DNA of 41,099 nucleotides from assembly GCA_000708835.1 (NCBI GenBank), contig DF237463.1, positions 26,038-67,136 of the forward strand, read 5' to 3'. Position 1 is the stretch's first letter. The number at the start of each line of letters is the position of its first letter. Shown here piece after piece: positions 10,614 to 22,571 of this stretch. A program made the position numbers and the translations under genes. The notes under the pieces were generated by a model. That model did no database searches, was not told the origin of the DNA, and saw only the letters and a list, made by a program, of their open reading frames with translations. Source of the DNA: Klebsormidium nitens (Eukaryota > Plantae > Klebsormidiophyceae).

Positions 10614-13019
10614 TTAAGTACCAGGCAATTCCAACCGGCGCTGTGCTTTGTCCAGACTCAAGCGTGCAAAAGCGTTGATAGTCCGAGACGCCATTCGGCA
10701 TCTATCCAGAGCCTCAAGATACTCTTCAATCGCCATGGCCCCTCTCGTGGTGGAAGTAACCACGGCTTCGCCCTCTACGGATCCATTTGAGGTCGCTGCT
10801 TTTGGCGTTGTTTCAAGAGCAAGACAAACAGTTGCTTGAGCCCCATCCTGCTCCTCCCTCGTAGGATCGAGCTGCAAATGCGCTCTGTAGGAGAAGAAAT
10901 TGCATTTCACTGAGGTGGCTTGAGAAGGACTGGCATCGTTTCATCGGAGGCTGGCCACAAAACCGTTTTCAAAGTGCTAACAAGAGTGAGAAACGGGACG
11001 CTGCAGAATCGAGCGCAAGGGGCCAAGGACAAACTGAGTGCAAAGTGAACAAAATTACCAGCGCCAGTCTGCTGGCAAGCAGGGAATTGAGAGGAAACAC
11101 CAGGCCCAACATTAGGCATCTGAACGTACAATCCAACGAGCAGTCCCAATCTCTTGCCAGCCTCCTTGGATACAAGCAAACTTCGACGGATTTTGCTCAG
11201 AGCCAGGTTCAAAGAATATGGGTGAGGGATCCCTCACCCTCCCCCAGCGCCGTCGTCTCTTTTCGCTAGGGCGATGGTGACCGACGCCAAAAGGCCCGTC
11301 ATGGGGATGCCCGCATCGACAAGCGCCGCACACGCAGCGTTAATGGCGCACGAGAGCAAGGACCCGTCGTCATGAATGACCTGTGACAAGCGTTGTTAAG
11401 CGGATCAGCTTTCTGAGCGGCAGGTTAGATTGAGCGCAACAAGGTCTTGTGACTAGAGCGAGCGTCTTCCAGCTCAAAGTGACGTCAAAGCTTGTCCCAT
11501 GCAAGCCACATGGTTGGTGCAAGAAAGGCTTAAATTATTGTGCAACCTGCTCCTGAGAGAAGTTACACCGGGGAAAAAGGGCCCCGTTCATCCAGCTTTG
11601 CCACAGTCGTTTGCAGGGACTTCTGAACCATCAGCAGACATCCAAGCCGTTGTGACTGTGAGAGACAAAACCTGCTCGAGCTTGTGGACTGGGAAAGACG
11701 CCGCTGACCACCAGCACGACCTCACTGGAACACAGAGTCGGTGTCTGCAAAGTGTCTGCGCAATGAAGTCCACCCGCGGACGTGGCAAGAGAAACGCTTT
11801 ACCTGTACAACGACACTGATGCCCGCCCGGGGAAAGAGAGGTGCCAGGACAACAGCCTCCAACGTGCGCCTCAAAATGATCTCTGCCTCACGTTCCTCGG
11901 GTCCTGAAAAAACGCGCAAGTCACATGGTCGTTGGAAAAACAAGCCCGTATGGCCAGATGAAGTGGCACTGCCAAGAAAACTCTTGGGGCCACCACAAAC
12001 AGAATTTGACAGATAAGTGGTTGGAAAGCAGCCTGTTTCTAAAGCAATGGAGTCCTTTCGCAGTCAGTCTTGGGGCCTCTAGTTCAAGATTGTTCGAGAG
12101 GAGCTTGCAGCCAGATCTTTTGTTCAGGAGTAGCTTTTGCGCCTCGATGAGAGAGTGGTGTGAGAGAGAGGCGCAAAAGCTACTCTCTCACCCTCTCTTA
12201 CTCTCGCCCCTCTCTCTCACCACCCTCTCATCGAGGGGCAGTGTGTGACGTCCAGAAGACCAGAACGATAACTCGCTTGACACTTCGGTACAGTACAAAT
12301 GACTGGGCTGATGGACTACTCACAGATGTTGCAGAGATTCCCTTGGAGCCCTTTGCCAACGGAAAAACTGTGATGGCACGAGGGAGACCAGATTCTGCTG
12401 CCGATACTCACCTTGAATCCCAGACTTGGGTTTCCAGAGAACTTCAAGTACTGCTTTCTCAGGGTCTTCCCGCTTCGGCGGCATGTTCTTCGGGCCATAC
12501 ACCCCAACTAGCACGGAAGTGCCATCTGCAGAAAAGCGTTCAGCTGGGGGCATCTGTTTGCAAGTCTATCATCGTGGAGAAAGTAGCCACTTTTGAGGCG
12601 CAGGGGGCCAGATCAATGGTGAAAGCTTCCAACTAACACTTTGCACTCATTTGCAAGAATATCAAACTCAACATCAGCAGCAAAAGATGCACCCTAGAGT
12701 TAGATGGCCTGCTTCATTGGCGATGACTCAGGGTTCTCACCTTATGCGCAATGCCACCACCACATTTCGCACACTTTCGTCTCTTACTAAATTTACCACT
12801 TTTGAAAATACTTCCCTAGCAGAATGTGGATTGCAGTGACACAAATCCAGGTCCTTCACAGAAAAATGGCAATCAAGGCAGTCCGATCTGCAGCTCGTTC
12901 TCACCTTGCGACCACTTGGCAGAACCGTCTGCTCGATGGAGAAGCCCTCGATCGCACACCATTCCCCGCAGCTGATTGAAGGTCCGGCCATCTTTGCGAA
13001 GGCTTCCCTGAGAAGACAT
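10614..13019 (-). CDS. RRP46: Exosome complex RNase PH-like subunit RRP46 (EXOSC5 homolog); 247 aa
   Basis: Exons: 13019-12905, 12525-12412, 11903-11803, 11380-11238, 10884-10614 (744 nt, phases consistent). Motifs: [87 protein letters not shown]. Confidence 0.92.
11220..11239. repeat. Perfect 20-bp palindrome over the RRP46 exon 4 splice donor
   Basis: GGGTGAGGGATCCCTCACCC equals its own reverse complement. The minus-strand donor GTGAGG is at 11237-11232. Confidence 0.9.
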
Positions 13020-13508
13020 GGGGGCTAGGGAGGAATCGCTCACTTTTGTTTTGCGGATGGGGGCGCCAGCTCGCCACTTTCCTGCACTTGAAGTTGGGAG
13101 GATGACGGGACAAAATCGGAACATCTGAAAATAGATTTAATTATAAGTCGTGGTTATATACCCTGGCGAATGTGACGGCTGAAAAGCCGTTCCTCTAAAC
13201 TCCTGAGTTTGCAGTTATTATCAGTACTGAGTTTGAAGGCTGCCAGTGCCGGGTCCCGCCGGTAGCATTGAGACGGCTCTAATAAGGGCGACTTCTCCAT
13301 CGGAGATGTGGCGTCTGGGATCCGGTTCACACTGACAAAGGAACTGATCGAGCTGCACCTTTCTACCACTGCCATAATTCTGCATGCAAGTGCTCCACTT
13401 TGCACTGGCCAGCAAAACGCTGTTTTTGGGAGCCAGGAACCTGTTGACGTCTACAGGAACAACACGAGGTGGAAGTGGAAAGGAAGGAATAGCTGCGGCT
13501 TTGACATC
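13020..13508. promoter_or_regulatory. Probable bidirectional promoter between RRP46 and RRF
   Basis: Divergent ATGs are 489 bp apart. Inferred from geometry only. Confidence 0.5.
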
Positions 13509-16210
13509 ATGGCAGCCCGAGCGCTGCGAAAGATGGGTCGCACGCAGCTGCAGGAGTTTGTGCAGAGCATCGCGCGTGCGCTGGGGCCCCGAGGCAGGAT
13601 GATCAATGTCGAAGGTGGATCTGAGGGGGGGCTCAGTGAGAGCGACCTGAGAAGGGATCGGATCGAGCGGTCAGTGAACGCTAGCAGCTCGGCAAATGGA
13701 AACCAGGCGGAGTTTCCACTTGAAGCGGATGCTGGTGGTGTGAACGGGCCTGTCAGCAGAAGAGAGGCCGCCAGGGCCAAGCGGATGAGGAAGCAGGTGC
13801 AGTATATGGAGAGCGTCCTCCATGTGACTGGGACCGCTGTCTCTGTGGAGGCGCCAGATGGCGAGAGAAGGCGATCGGGGCGAGTTGTGCTTCTAGATCC
13901 AGCTGTGGAGCCTGAACATTTACAGCAAGCAGGAGTGGTGGCAATCATTGGCCAGGATCCAGAGAGCTTGGTGCCAGTCACAGGGAGTGGGGAACGAGCA
14001 GCAAGGAGAAGAGTGGTGCCACTGGAGACAACTAGAGCGGGGGTGTCGGACAGCATCCTCAAGGGCCACTTTCACCTGCCCCCTCCATGGGGAGCCGGCA
14101 CTGCTCGGCCGCTGCATCGGAAGGAGTACTCTACACGCGCTTTTACAAGGGTTGCATTGCTGCAACCTGCTGACATCACAGGCATCCCATTGCTTCTAGA
14201 ACAACCACCACTAGGCTTAGTTCAGCTTAGGGGTCTGGCTGCGAAAGCCAAGCGGGACAAGAAAGCGAAATCTGGCAAGGGTTCGAAAGTAGTCTGGAAT
14301 CAGGATGAGGATACGGGGGAGGCGATTGAGGTTGGAGGGAGTGGTGGAAGGGATGTGGCGAGAGCGGAGCCTGACTTTGACGTGGAGGAGAAGATGGAGG
14401 CGGCCTTAGTGGCGCTGCAGAGAGAATTTGGCAAGCTGCGCACAGGAAGGGCATCACCTGGTAGGGCAACTGACTCTCCTTATGCCTGACGCTGTGACTA
14501 GAATACAGAACTCAAATGATTTTTGGCCTGTACTGCACTCATTGGCATCAAATGCCAAGCTGTTTGCAGTCGGTTTCCCATGGGCACAGAAATAGTATTT
14601 GATGAACTTGTACTCACGCTGTGAAAGCATCTGACACAGTTTGCTCTGAGAATGAGAGGTCCGGCATCCGAAGGGTCTAAATTTTCCAGCTTACAGTCAC
14701 TCCCTTTGTCTTGCAGACATGCTTGACCATGTTATGGTGGAATCCTACGGATCGCGCACGCCCCTGAATCGCGTCGGAACGGTGTCCGTCCTGTCGCCTC
14801 AGATGCTCTCCATCACACCTTTCGACCAAAGCGTGAGTAACTAATCGTTCGAATTGCGGCACTGTCAGCTTACAAAGCTGTTTAGATCCTCATAGAATCC
14901 TTCTTGCAGTGCTCAATGCTCTCATATCCTGCATGTGAACATATTGATTGAAGCTAGCGGCGCCAAAGCTCTGAATTCTGCAAAGCATCGTTTGTGCTTG
15001 TTTTGATGAAATTACTTGCAAAAGGCGAAGGCACAGAACTTGCCGTATTCACCGTAAAGGGTGCCAGGTTTGCGTGTCAATGGATCCCCGAGTTTGTGTT
15101 GCTATCTTCCATCTGGCCCCTGTCCTTTCGCACGGCCTGGAGCACTTTGTAACATCTCTTGTCACTAGGATCCTTTTCGCCATTGCCTAGGGAAAGTTCT
15201 ACATGGTTGTTCTCTTTCCGCTCGAAATCTGTGTTCCTGGCTCTCCCTGTGAAAGTCGTCACACTAGTTCCTAAGCCATTCACCCCGCTTGTCTCTGCTT
15301 TTCTTCCTGTTTCAGTTGCTCAAAGCCATCGAGAAGGGGGTGCGGGCATCTCCTATGGAGCTGAACCCCAAGCCTGAGGGAACTGCAGTGCTAGTCCCGG
15401 TCCCCACTCTGACCCAGGAGGTGCGCCAAAACATGATCAAGGTTATCACTAAGGCTGGAGAAGCTGCCAAGGTGAGAACAGGTCTTCGTGTCTTTGTTGT
15501 TCGAAACTGTTTTTCTTTAATCTTTCTCAATTTGCGTTCGTTTCCACATCACGGATAGCAGCGTACCGGAGTCCTGTGGTGTGCACCGTATTCTGCTAAC
15601 AAGTGACTTTTTTAAAGAGCACGAAACTTCTCGCACGCAACTGGCAGTTTAACGATAGGAGACCACACATCTTTGCAGACCAATACGCTCTTGAGTGGAA
15701 TCTCTTGCTGCTTAAGAATTTCGATCGGTGGGTCAGGAATACCTGGTGGTTTGCACTTTCGAGAAGGCAGAAAAACACGCCTCATAGTCTTGTTTGCTGT
15801 TGATGTTCAGCTGAGCGTGAGAAGAGCCCGGAAGGACGCCTTGGACTCGATCGGCAAGAAAGAAGAGGGCATGCCTATCGACGAGGTCAAGCGACAAGAG
15901 AAGAAGGTGCGCCATTACCTTCAACTTCGTCTGCTTTGACTACACTGGATCCTTGCCGCAGCTGCCTGCTAGCCGACTATCGACTAGTATTTCGTCGATT
16001 GCTTGCATCTGAGCAGTCAAGTTGCGAAGCCGCTCTTGAATGCTAGCCACTCGCTTGCCATCTGCGCTGCTCTTTCACATGACATCAGGCCAGAGGTTTG
16101 CTCACAAATTTTCTTGTTTCTGCTGCCAGGTCGACGAGCTGACGAAGCTCTATGTCAAGCGGGTTGACGAAGCATGTCGATCAAAAGGAAAGGATATTCT
16201 GGAAGGCTAG
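13509..16210 (+). CDS. RRF: Ribosome recycling factor, organellar (probably mitochondrial) type, with an unusually long N-terminal extension; 466 aa
   Basis: Exons: 13509-14460, 14717-14832, 15316-15471, 15811-15906, 16130-16210 (1401 nt). RRF motifs: LQREFGKLRTGRASP, DMLDHVMVESYG, LSITPFD, KAIEKG, LNPKPEG, VPVPTLTQE, KLSVRRARKDA, VDELTKLYVKRVDE. The start codon is the first in-frame ATG, so it is less certain than the core. Confidence 0.88.
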
Positions 16211-16966
16211 GGTAGACTTCTCGATTATATGCTTGTTCAAGAAAACGTGGGGCACACTTGGAGAAGAAGCGTCTCATCACAGATCATGGCGGTTTAGCTT
16301 CTTTTTACCGGCCTGGTATTCAATCCGGTTTGACTGGTCGGGTGATGGCAACCGTCATGTTCGGAGCATCTCGAAAGACTGCTTTGACTTTCGAGACCCT
16401 GATTCGTTTAGTAAATGTTGGCCAGTGGCTTATGAAGCGCCGGGTTGGTGCATAGTTGATAATGTCTGAGGGAAGTGTCATGCATAAAGTTTATAAGCAA
16501 TCATTGAATTTGGTTTGCAATTGGGCATATCAATATATTCGCATGCAGAACCAATTCTTAAAGATGCATGTGCGTACATGTATATAGCGCATACAAATGC
16601 ACTTGACTTGCCCGATCCAGCCAGTTTGACTGAGTCCACGCTTCCATGCTACCATAGTACGGTATGCAACATATGTAGAACATGGCGCGTGTGAGGTAAA
16701 GGGTCCTCATCTCCATGCAAACAAAGTTGAAAAATGGTTTGCCAATCAATAGCTAAAAATTAGTCGAATTTAATCATCACGTTCGGCCGTTCCAACTCGC
16801 ACACCGAGCTTGCTTGTTAACTCAACAAGGACTTTGCGCCCAACATGCAACACGTCTGCATAATACATCTGATCTTGTTGCTATGGGTTGGGTCGCAAAC
16901 AGTAGGACAAGCAAGCAGTACACTTTTGCAACACAAAAAGAATATATATTTAATTCTTACGAAAGC

Positions 16967-19900
16967 CTACGCCTGGACTGGTGCAGGCGTCGAAGCCTGC
17001 CCATATGTTTTGAACAAGTACTTTACAATCTCCTCAGAGTCGCCCACGGAAGTTGCCGTGTTTGGATCGACCAGGTAGGGTACCTACGAGCCACATAGCA
17101 GAAAAGGGTTGACGACTTTATTGACACGCATGTCAAAAGCGTGAGTCACTATGTTACGCTGATCACCAAGTGCACTCATTGCTTCCGAGCTTTTGTCGGA
17201 ATCTACAAAATGGTCGATCTTTCCATTTGGCGAGAATGTGAGTTGGTGCTGGGCCGGGGCAAGGCCGGGTTAGTCCCACAACAGATCCTCAGCTCGGTTG
17301 AGCCTGCTGGACGACCTCAAACTCCTTTGAAACAGACAGCCGTGTCACTGTGGCTTCTCTGATTTTCAAGAAAGACGATAAAGGACAGGATCTCAATTGG
17401 CGAGCACCTCACGGAAAGCGCGTAAGAGTCAACGACACGATCAGTTGGAAAATCACCATAAACAGAAACCAACTCCATCCCAAAAATCTCGATCCTAGGA
17501 GCAGCCGTAGAGAAGCAGGACGTGAGCATAATCACGCACCTGTGTGTTCCCCTTGAGCTGCAGCAGCACGGCCCGCCCCGCGGAGCCCTTGCCCGTGTTG
17601 TGCAGAATGTACGGCAGCTCAAGCTCGCAGAGCGCCTCCCGGACCAGGCGCGCAAACTGCACACGGGGCCACGAAATGGTTCAGGTAACTTGAACTTGCG
17701 CACTTTGTGGATGTTTTCAGAACCGTATTTTCGGAAGTGACCACTTCCTCCTTTTGATGACAAACCAGAAAGGTTGTCCTGACTCTCGACTAGCTGCGCC
17801 TCCGATGTTGTACCGAGTCACGGCTGTTTCGAGGGTGAGGCGCTTTTCCAAAAAGCTAGCCAATCGCCGAAAGCGGACACGTGTCGTTCTCATTTTAAAG
17901 CCCGAACACGACAAAGAGTCACAGTCACGAGTATTCGAGTCCCGACCCACATATCGAACGGAGAAAGACCCACCTGGTTGTTTTCATACGAGTAGAGCTC
18001 GAGCATCTTCCCGGGCGCCTCTACGGGGGCCTTGGGGTACCGGGTCATACCCCGCCCCGCCCTCAGGAGGGTGGGAACCCAGCCCGTGACTAGCGTACTG
18101 CAGAGGAAAAGGCGGGATTGTGTAATGACACTAGTCTCGCGTACGAGGTCAAAGGGCGTTTGGGGATGTGCAAAGTGGCCGATCGAAGGACGCAAGTTTG
18201 AGATGTCGGGACAGTGGTGCGGTAGAAACCCGGACCCAAGCACAAAGCTGAGATGTCGAATCCATCGAAAGGCCAGCTTGAAAGCGGCAATCGTTGTTTG
18301 ATCACGGGTGCGGCCACTAATCCTCCATCGTTTCAGTGTTCAATGAAAGCCAAACGCCAGCATTGGGCTCGGAACACCAAGTGGTTGTTCGTCTGAAAAA
18401 GCGGCGACTGCAAGCCCGTTGAGCATCCTTCTTACTTTGAAAAGTCGTCGGCAATTGACAATCAATCGACATCCATATTCTGCGCCACATCCCTTCGTCT
18501 CGATTTGAATCATTCGAGGAGTAAAAGCAAGCAGATCGACGTTAGACAATCTTGCTTGAAACTAGAAGACCCCCCTTGCTTTGGCTTGAATACAAAACGA
18601 AAAGTCTTTTTACATTAACAGAAAAAGCCTTGAATGGACTTTTATCTTCCTTTTGGCTCTGAATGCGAGGAGGACACCCGCACCTTTCTAAGAGGCCTCG
18701 CGTCGGGTCTGCCCCCCCTCCGTAGGTCCTGAAGAGGTACTTGACGATGTCGCTGCTCTCGTACATTGCTTCCCCGGTGTTCGGATCGACGAGATACGGA
18801 AACCTGCTCACATAGGAACGTTTTCAGGGGAGTAAATCAAATGCTGCTAATCGTTTGTCTTCAGGAGTACTGCATGCTGTTCGGGGACAAGGAGATACAA
18901 GAAAGAGGGAGCGGGGAGACCATAGCAGCCTAAGCCGATAGACGCGCCACTTATCAGCGGTCAGAGGCAGACATCGTCGCGCCTCACATCTCCTTCCCGC
19001 CTTTCGCCCCAACCGCAGCTCTGTGGCGCACGGAGTCCTTTGGACAGGGGTAGATCTCTGCCTCCAGGTCCAACTCCGTCAGAGACTCCCGCACACGCCG
19101 GCAAAAGGGGCATGCCTCAAACTCATAAACCTGCGATAAAGCGAAATTTCAGAGCCTTGCGAATCTGGTCGAATTTCGTGCTTTATTGCCTTACAGCTGA
19201 AGACACGTGACTGCGGGCAACTCAGATCAATGATTCTGGCCCCCAACGAGCATCAGGAGGGCTGTAATGAGGCGAGAATCTGGACAAGAGCTTGATTCTG
19301 CCAGAAAAAGTGCGTTTCTCAGCATGTCACAGATTACAACTCCTCATCTTTTCATTTGCCCAATCCCTGTATCCCATGTCTACTGTCTTTCAGTTATCTA
19401 GGTTCCGGATTCATGACAAAAAGGGAGCGACGGGGTCCCCTCACTTGCCTGGAGTCGCTTTGCTGGTTGAGCTTTTCTGGCCGCCACCGCATCGGTGCGC
19501 ACTTGCGAGCCCCAGGGCTGCCGCGCCAAGCTGGAGAAGCCGGTTGACGCCACCTGGACGCCACAAAAGCAGCCAAACTATTGTTGCCAGATGTTGACAC
19601 CTGGCACTTGATAAGGGAATTTCTGCATTGATTGACTAAGCATCCTGCTGCCCTGCATTTGTCAATGAGGACTGCGATTGGGGTTGATTGATGCAGTGAC
19701 CGAGGAGGCGATGGCCCCCCGCGCATCTCCTCAGCTGTCTCGGTCAGGCACTCTCATACAAGCTGATAGAACTTCTGGGGATAAGGGCTGCCGGCAAGAT
19801 TGTTTTTTGCAGTTCACTGACTCGGATGGTGTTTGGGGCTATACGTAAGATGTTGAGTACAATTCTCTACGAGTACTCACCTCCAGAAACCTGTTTCGGG

Positions 19901-20297
19901 GAGCTGCTGCATCCCCTCCAGACACCAGCTTCAGCAGAGGGCATAGGAAGCTCAACACACTACTGGCGGCGGGCGCCTTTTCAACCTCACTGCTATTTCC
20001 TTCTTGATTGGACGCTTTGCACTGGATCGTGCAAGGTCTTCGTTTACGAGAGCTGTTCGTCCCCGTCAATTCCAGCTTGAGATTACATGGTGTGTGACAG
20101 TGACGGAGAGCAGTCTTCTGAGGATGGCGAACTGGGCTCCAAGACTTGAGAGAAGAGCGCTCCAAGTAATGGCCCATTTGCCCCGTTGCCTGCCTAGGAC
20201 AGCCTTGGGGGCCCTCTCTTCTCGGCCTGTCCACAGCCTCTATTGATTGCAGGTGCAGATGGCGAGAGGCAGCGCTCTGAACGGTTCTGGCCGCCAT
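16967..20297 (-). CDS. Thioredoxin-fold protein with two GST N-terminal domains (GST2N/2GST_N type, At4g10000-like) and a probable plastid transit peptide; 380 aa
   Basis: Exons: 20297-19881, 19553-19449, 19130-18988, 18803-18684, 18097-17974, 17656-17540, 17083-16967 (1143 nt); intron 2 has a GC donor. Domain 1: RLQVYEFEACPFCRRVRE...FPYLVDPNTG...YESSDIVKYLFRTYG. Domain 2: LELYSYENNQFARLVREALCELELPY...VPYLVDPNT...DSEEIVKYLFKTYG. Confidence 0.88.
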
Positions 20298-20552
20298 GCT
20301 TTCCTACTCGAGAATTGCAATGCTGCCAGCTGAACTTCAAGTACCGTACCTTCATTGCTTCAATGTTTGCCGGTTACCACTGAGGTTACCTTTGACTCGC
20401 TACCTCGTTCCTACCGAGCATTTTGCCACAGGAAACCCCCGCGCTGTTGCTGATTCCCCGACCGTTTCTGCGACAGAGGGTTTCAGGATAACTCAAAACC
20501 CTTTTTCGTTCTGGCCACTTTGACATCTGCCTGGATGCACTTTTAAATTGCA
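20298..20552. promoter_or_regulatory. Probable bidirectional promoter between the GST2N-like and F-box/LRR genes
   Basis: Divergent ATGs are 255 bp apart. Inferred from geometry only. Confidence 0.5.
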
Positions 20553-22571
20553 ATGGGCACTGGAAGAGAACACCGAACAGAAGGGGACCAAGCTGAAGGC
20601 GGAGAGGAGGTGGAGGCCATGGGGAGCTCTTTGGATTCGCTGCCCGAAGGTTGCTGGGAATTTGTCTTGGCTCATTGCACGGGGCGGGAGGTGGGGGGCC
20701 TGCCAGTCAAAGCGGAGACGCTGCGCATGCTCTCATTGGTGAACAAACACTTTTTGCACATTGCAAGGAAGTTCGGAGCGGACGAGCTGTGCCTGCAGCC
20801 TGGACTTTCTCAGCTGCCCCAGAACGAACTTTTGCGTGTTCTCCAGCGGTGCAGAGACGTGAAGAGCGTTCGTGTGCCGTTTCGCAACTGGTTGAACCTT
20901 TTGACCCCCTCCCTCTTTTGCTGGGGCACGCTTGGGGCGCACCTTTTGCTGGTGACGTCTTTCGATGGGAGTGGCCTGAACGTCTTGGACGCAAGTGAGC
21001 TGCGCAAGGTTGTCAGCGCGTTCCCAAAGCTACAGGACCTCAGGTTTCGCAGCGAGATAGAGCCCCCACAAGCAGACCTGCTTTCGGTTGTTGCTGAGCA
21101 CTGCAGTTCCCTGGAGCATCTCGTGGTAGTGTGCAAGCCCTCTATGAACGAGATAGATGCAGACATTGAAGATGCGTACATCTCCCTTGCCGAGAATTGC
21201 CCGCGCTTGAAGACGTTAGCGCCATTCCCAATCCAGCCGGGGTCGCAGCACGTTCACGGGACCCTTAGCCGTCTCACGGCCCTGGAAAAGGTCAAGATAT
21301 ATCTCAGGGCCATCCCCATGTTCCAACAGGATGCTGACTGGCAGCAAGAGTTTCAAGATCTGGCAGCGTACGGAGGTCAGTTTACAACGGTGGAGATCAC
21401 TACCAGCGCTTTTGAGACTCCTCTCGCCGGCAACAGCCAAGCATTCTCGGCGTTTGGCACCCTCCTCTTTGGGACTCGGGGTCCAGCTGTGGGGCCACAC
21501 TTGTTCCAGTTGGTAAAATCGTTCGTAAACGTCAAAGAGTTGGGCCTCACATGTCATCGCCTGCCGGCCGCTTTGCTAGATTCCCTGTGCCTAGCCCTAC
21601 CCCACTTGAGAAGCCTGTGGGTGCAGTGTGTGGAGGTCCCTCATGACAACCCCCGGATAGTACCCCTCCCTTTTTCCCGTGTTGAGGAATTCGGCACAGT
21701 GCTCGTTGACGCACGACCGTGGTCGGTGGATGAAGAAGAGGGCTCTGATGGCGAAGACCAAGTCGAAGATGATGACGCCTCCGCTTCCTGGAACACCTAT
21801 AGGCCGACCCTCGAGTTGTTTAGGTCTGTGTTTCCTAGTTTGAAACGGCTGTCAATCTACGCGGGGCTAAGCAGCCTTTCCTGGTCTGAAGAGCTCGAGG
21901 AGCTGTCCGTGACTGAGTTGGGGGCAGTGTGTTCAGAGCCGCTAAGGAGGGAGTCGAGTCGGTTGCGCAAACTGTCCATAGAGGGGTGTGAGCATATCTA
22001 CGACATGGATATTGTTCTCCAACTCTTGCATCAGCCTGGGTTGGAGACACTTCGGCTCGATTACCCCCGTTGGAGTGTTGGTAGTGCACTCAAAGACGCT
22101 CCCACTATCGTACAATTGTTATCGATGAAGGAGGTTTTCTGCGGGGATGCCTACGTCTACAAGAGGTTCAGGGGGCAGTCCGGACTCTTCAGCTGTTACC
22201 CTAATCTCCAGAGCTTGGAGATTGGGGCGGTAGATGAGGCAGCTACCTTAGAGGCTTTGGCCAACCTGAAGAGCTTGCGCCGGCTGAAACTTTGCTTTCT
22301 GGACAAGCAGCTCAAAGACGAAGCCGACGAAGACTTTGTCAGGGCTTTGAGAAAGGTGGTGGAGCTTGCATTGAATGGTTCTCTCAGCTCGCTGTATGTA
22401 GATGTTCGACACGGTGGGAACCCTGAACTCACTAAGACTGCAGTATTGGAGCTTTTGGGGGACGTTCCTCCGCGCTTACAAGTAAGAGTAAGGTTTTGGC
22501 ACATCGCTACTGACTGGGATGACAAATATGTCGATGCTCGGTGCCTTTGGCCTTCTTCGAGTTATTCGTAG
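20553..22571 (+). CDS. Intronless F-box-like / RNI-like leucine-rich repeat protein; 672 aa
   Basis: Uninterrupted 672-codon ORF. F-box-like N-terminus LDSLPEGCWEFVLAHC...ETLRMLSLVNKHFLHIAR. About 11 recurring xPxLxxLxI/L units: FPKLQDLRF, CSSLEHLVV, CPRLKTLA, LTALEKVKI, FVNVKELGL, LPHLRSLWV, FPSLKRLSI, SRLRKLSI, PGLETLRL, YPNLQSLEI, LKSLRRLKL. Confidence 0.72.
   Translation: MGTGREHRTEGDQAEGGEEVEAMGSSLDSLPEGCWEFVLAHCTGREVGGLPVKAETLRMLSLVNKHFLHIARKFGADELCLQPGLSQLPQNELLRVLQRCRDVKSVRVPFRNWLNLLTPSLFCWGTLGAHLLLVTSFDGSGLNVLDASELRKVVSAFPKLQDLRFRSEIEPPQADLLSVVAEHCSSLEHLVVVCKPSMNEIDADIEDAYISLAENCPRLKTLAPFPIQPGSQHVHGTLSRLTALEKVKIYLRAIPMFQQDADWQQEFQDLAAYGGQFTTVEITTSAFETPLAGNSQAFSAFGTLLFGTRGPAVGPHLFQLVKSFVNVKELGLTCHRLPAALLDSLCLALPHLRSLWVQCVEVPHDNPRIVPLPFSRVEEFGTVLVDARPWSVDEEEGSDGEDQVEDDDASASWNTYRPTLELFRSVFPSLKRLSIYAGLSSLSWSEELEELSVTELGAVCSEPLRRESSRLRKLSIEGCEHIYDMDIVLQLLHQPGLETLRLDYPRWSVGSALKDAPTIVQLLSMKEVFCGDAYVYKRFRGQSGLFSCYPNLQSLEIGAVDEAATLEALANLKSLRRLKLCFLDKQLKDEADEDFVRALRKVVELALNGSLSSLYVDVRHGGNPELTKTAVLELLGDVPPRLQVRVRFWHIATDWDDKYVDARCLWPSSSYS

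Noticed and set aside
13451-14062. 203-aa antisense ORF over RRF exon 1, and similar long shadows at 24074-24568, 28537-28911 and 39642-39986
   Set aside because: These are opposite-strand or alternate-frame shadows of GC3-rich coding exons.
19554-19610. Upstream look-alike acceptor (CCAG|GTGTCAAC) for exon 2 of the GST2N-like gene
   Set aside because: It gives a frame without the conserved SSLARxPWGS motif, and the similarity is too short to call a duplication.
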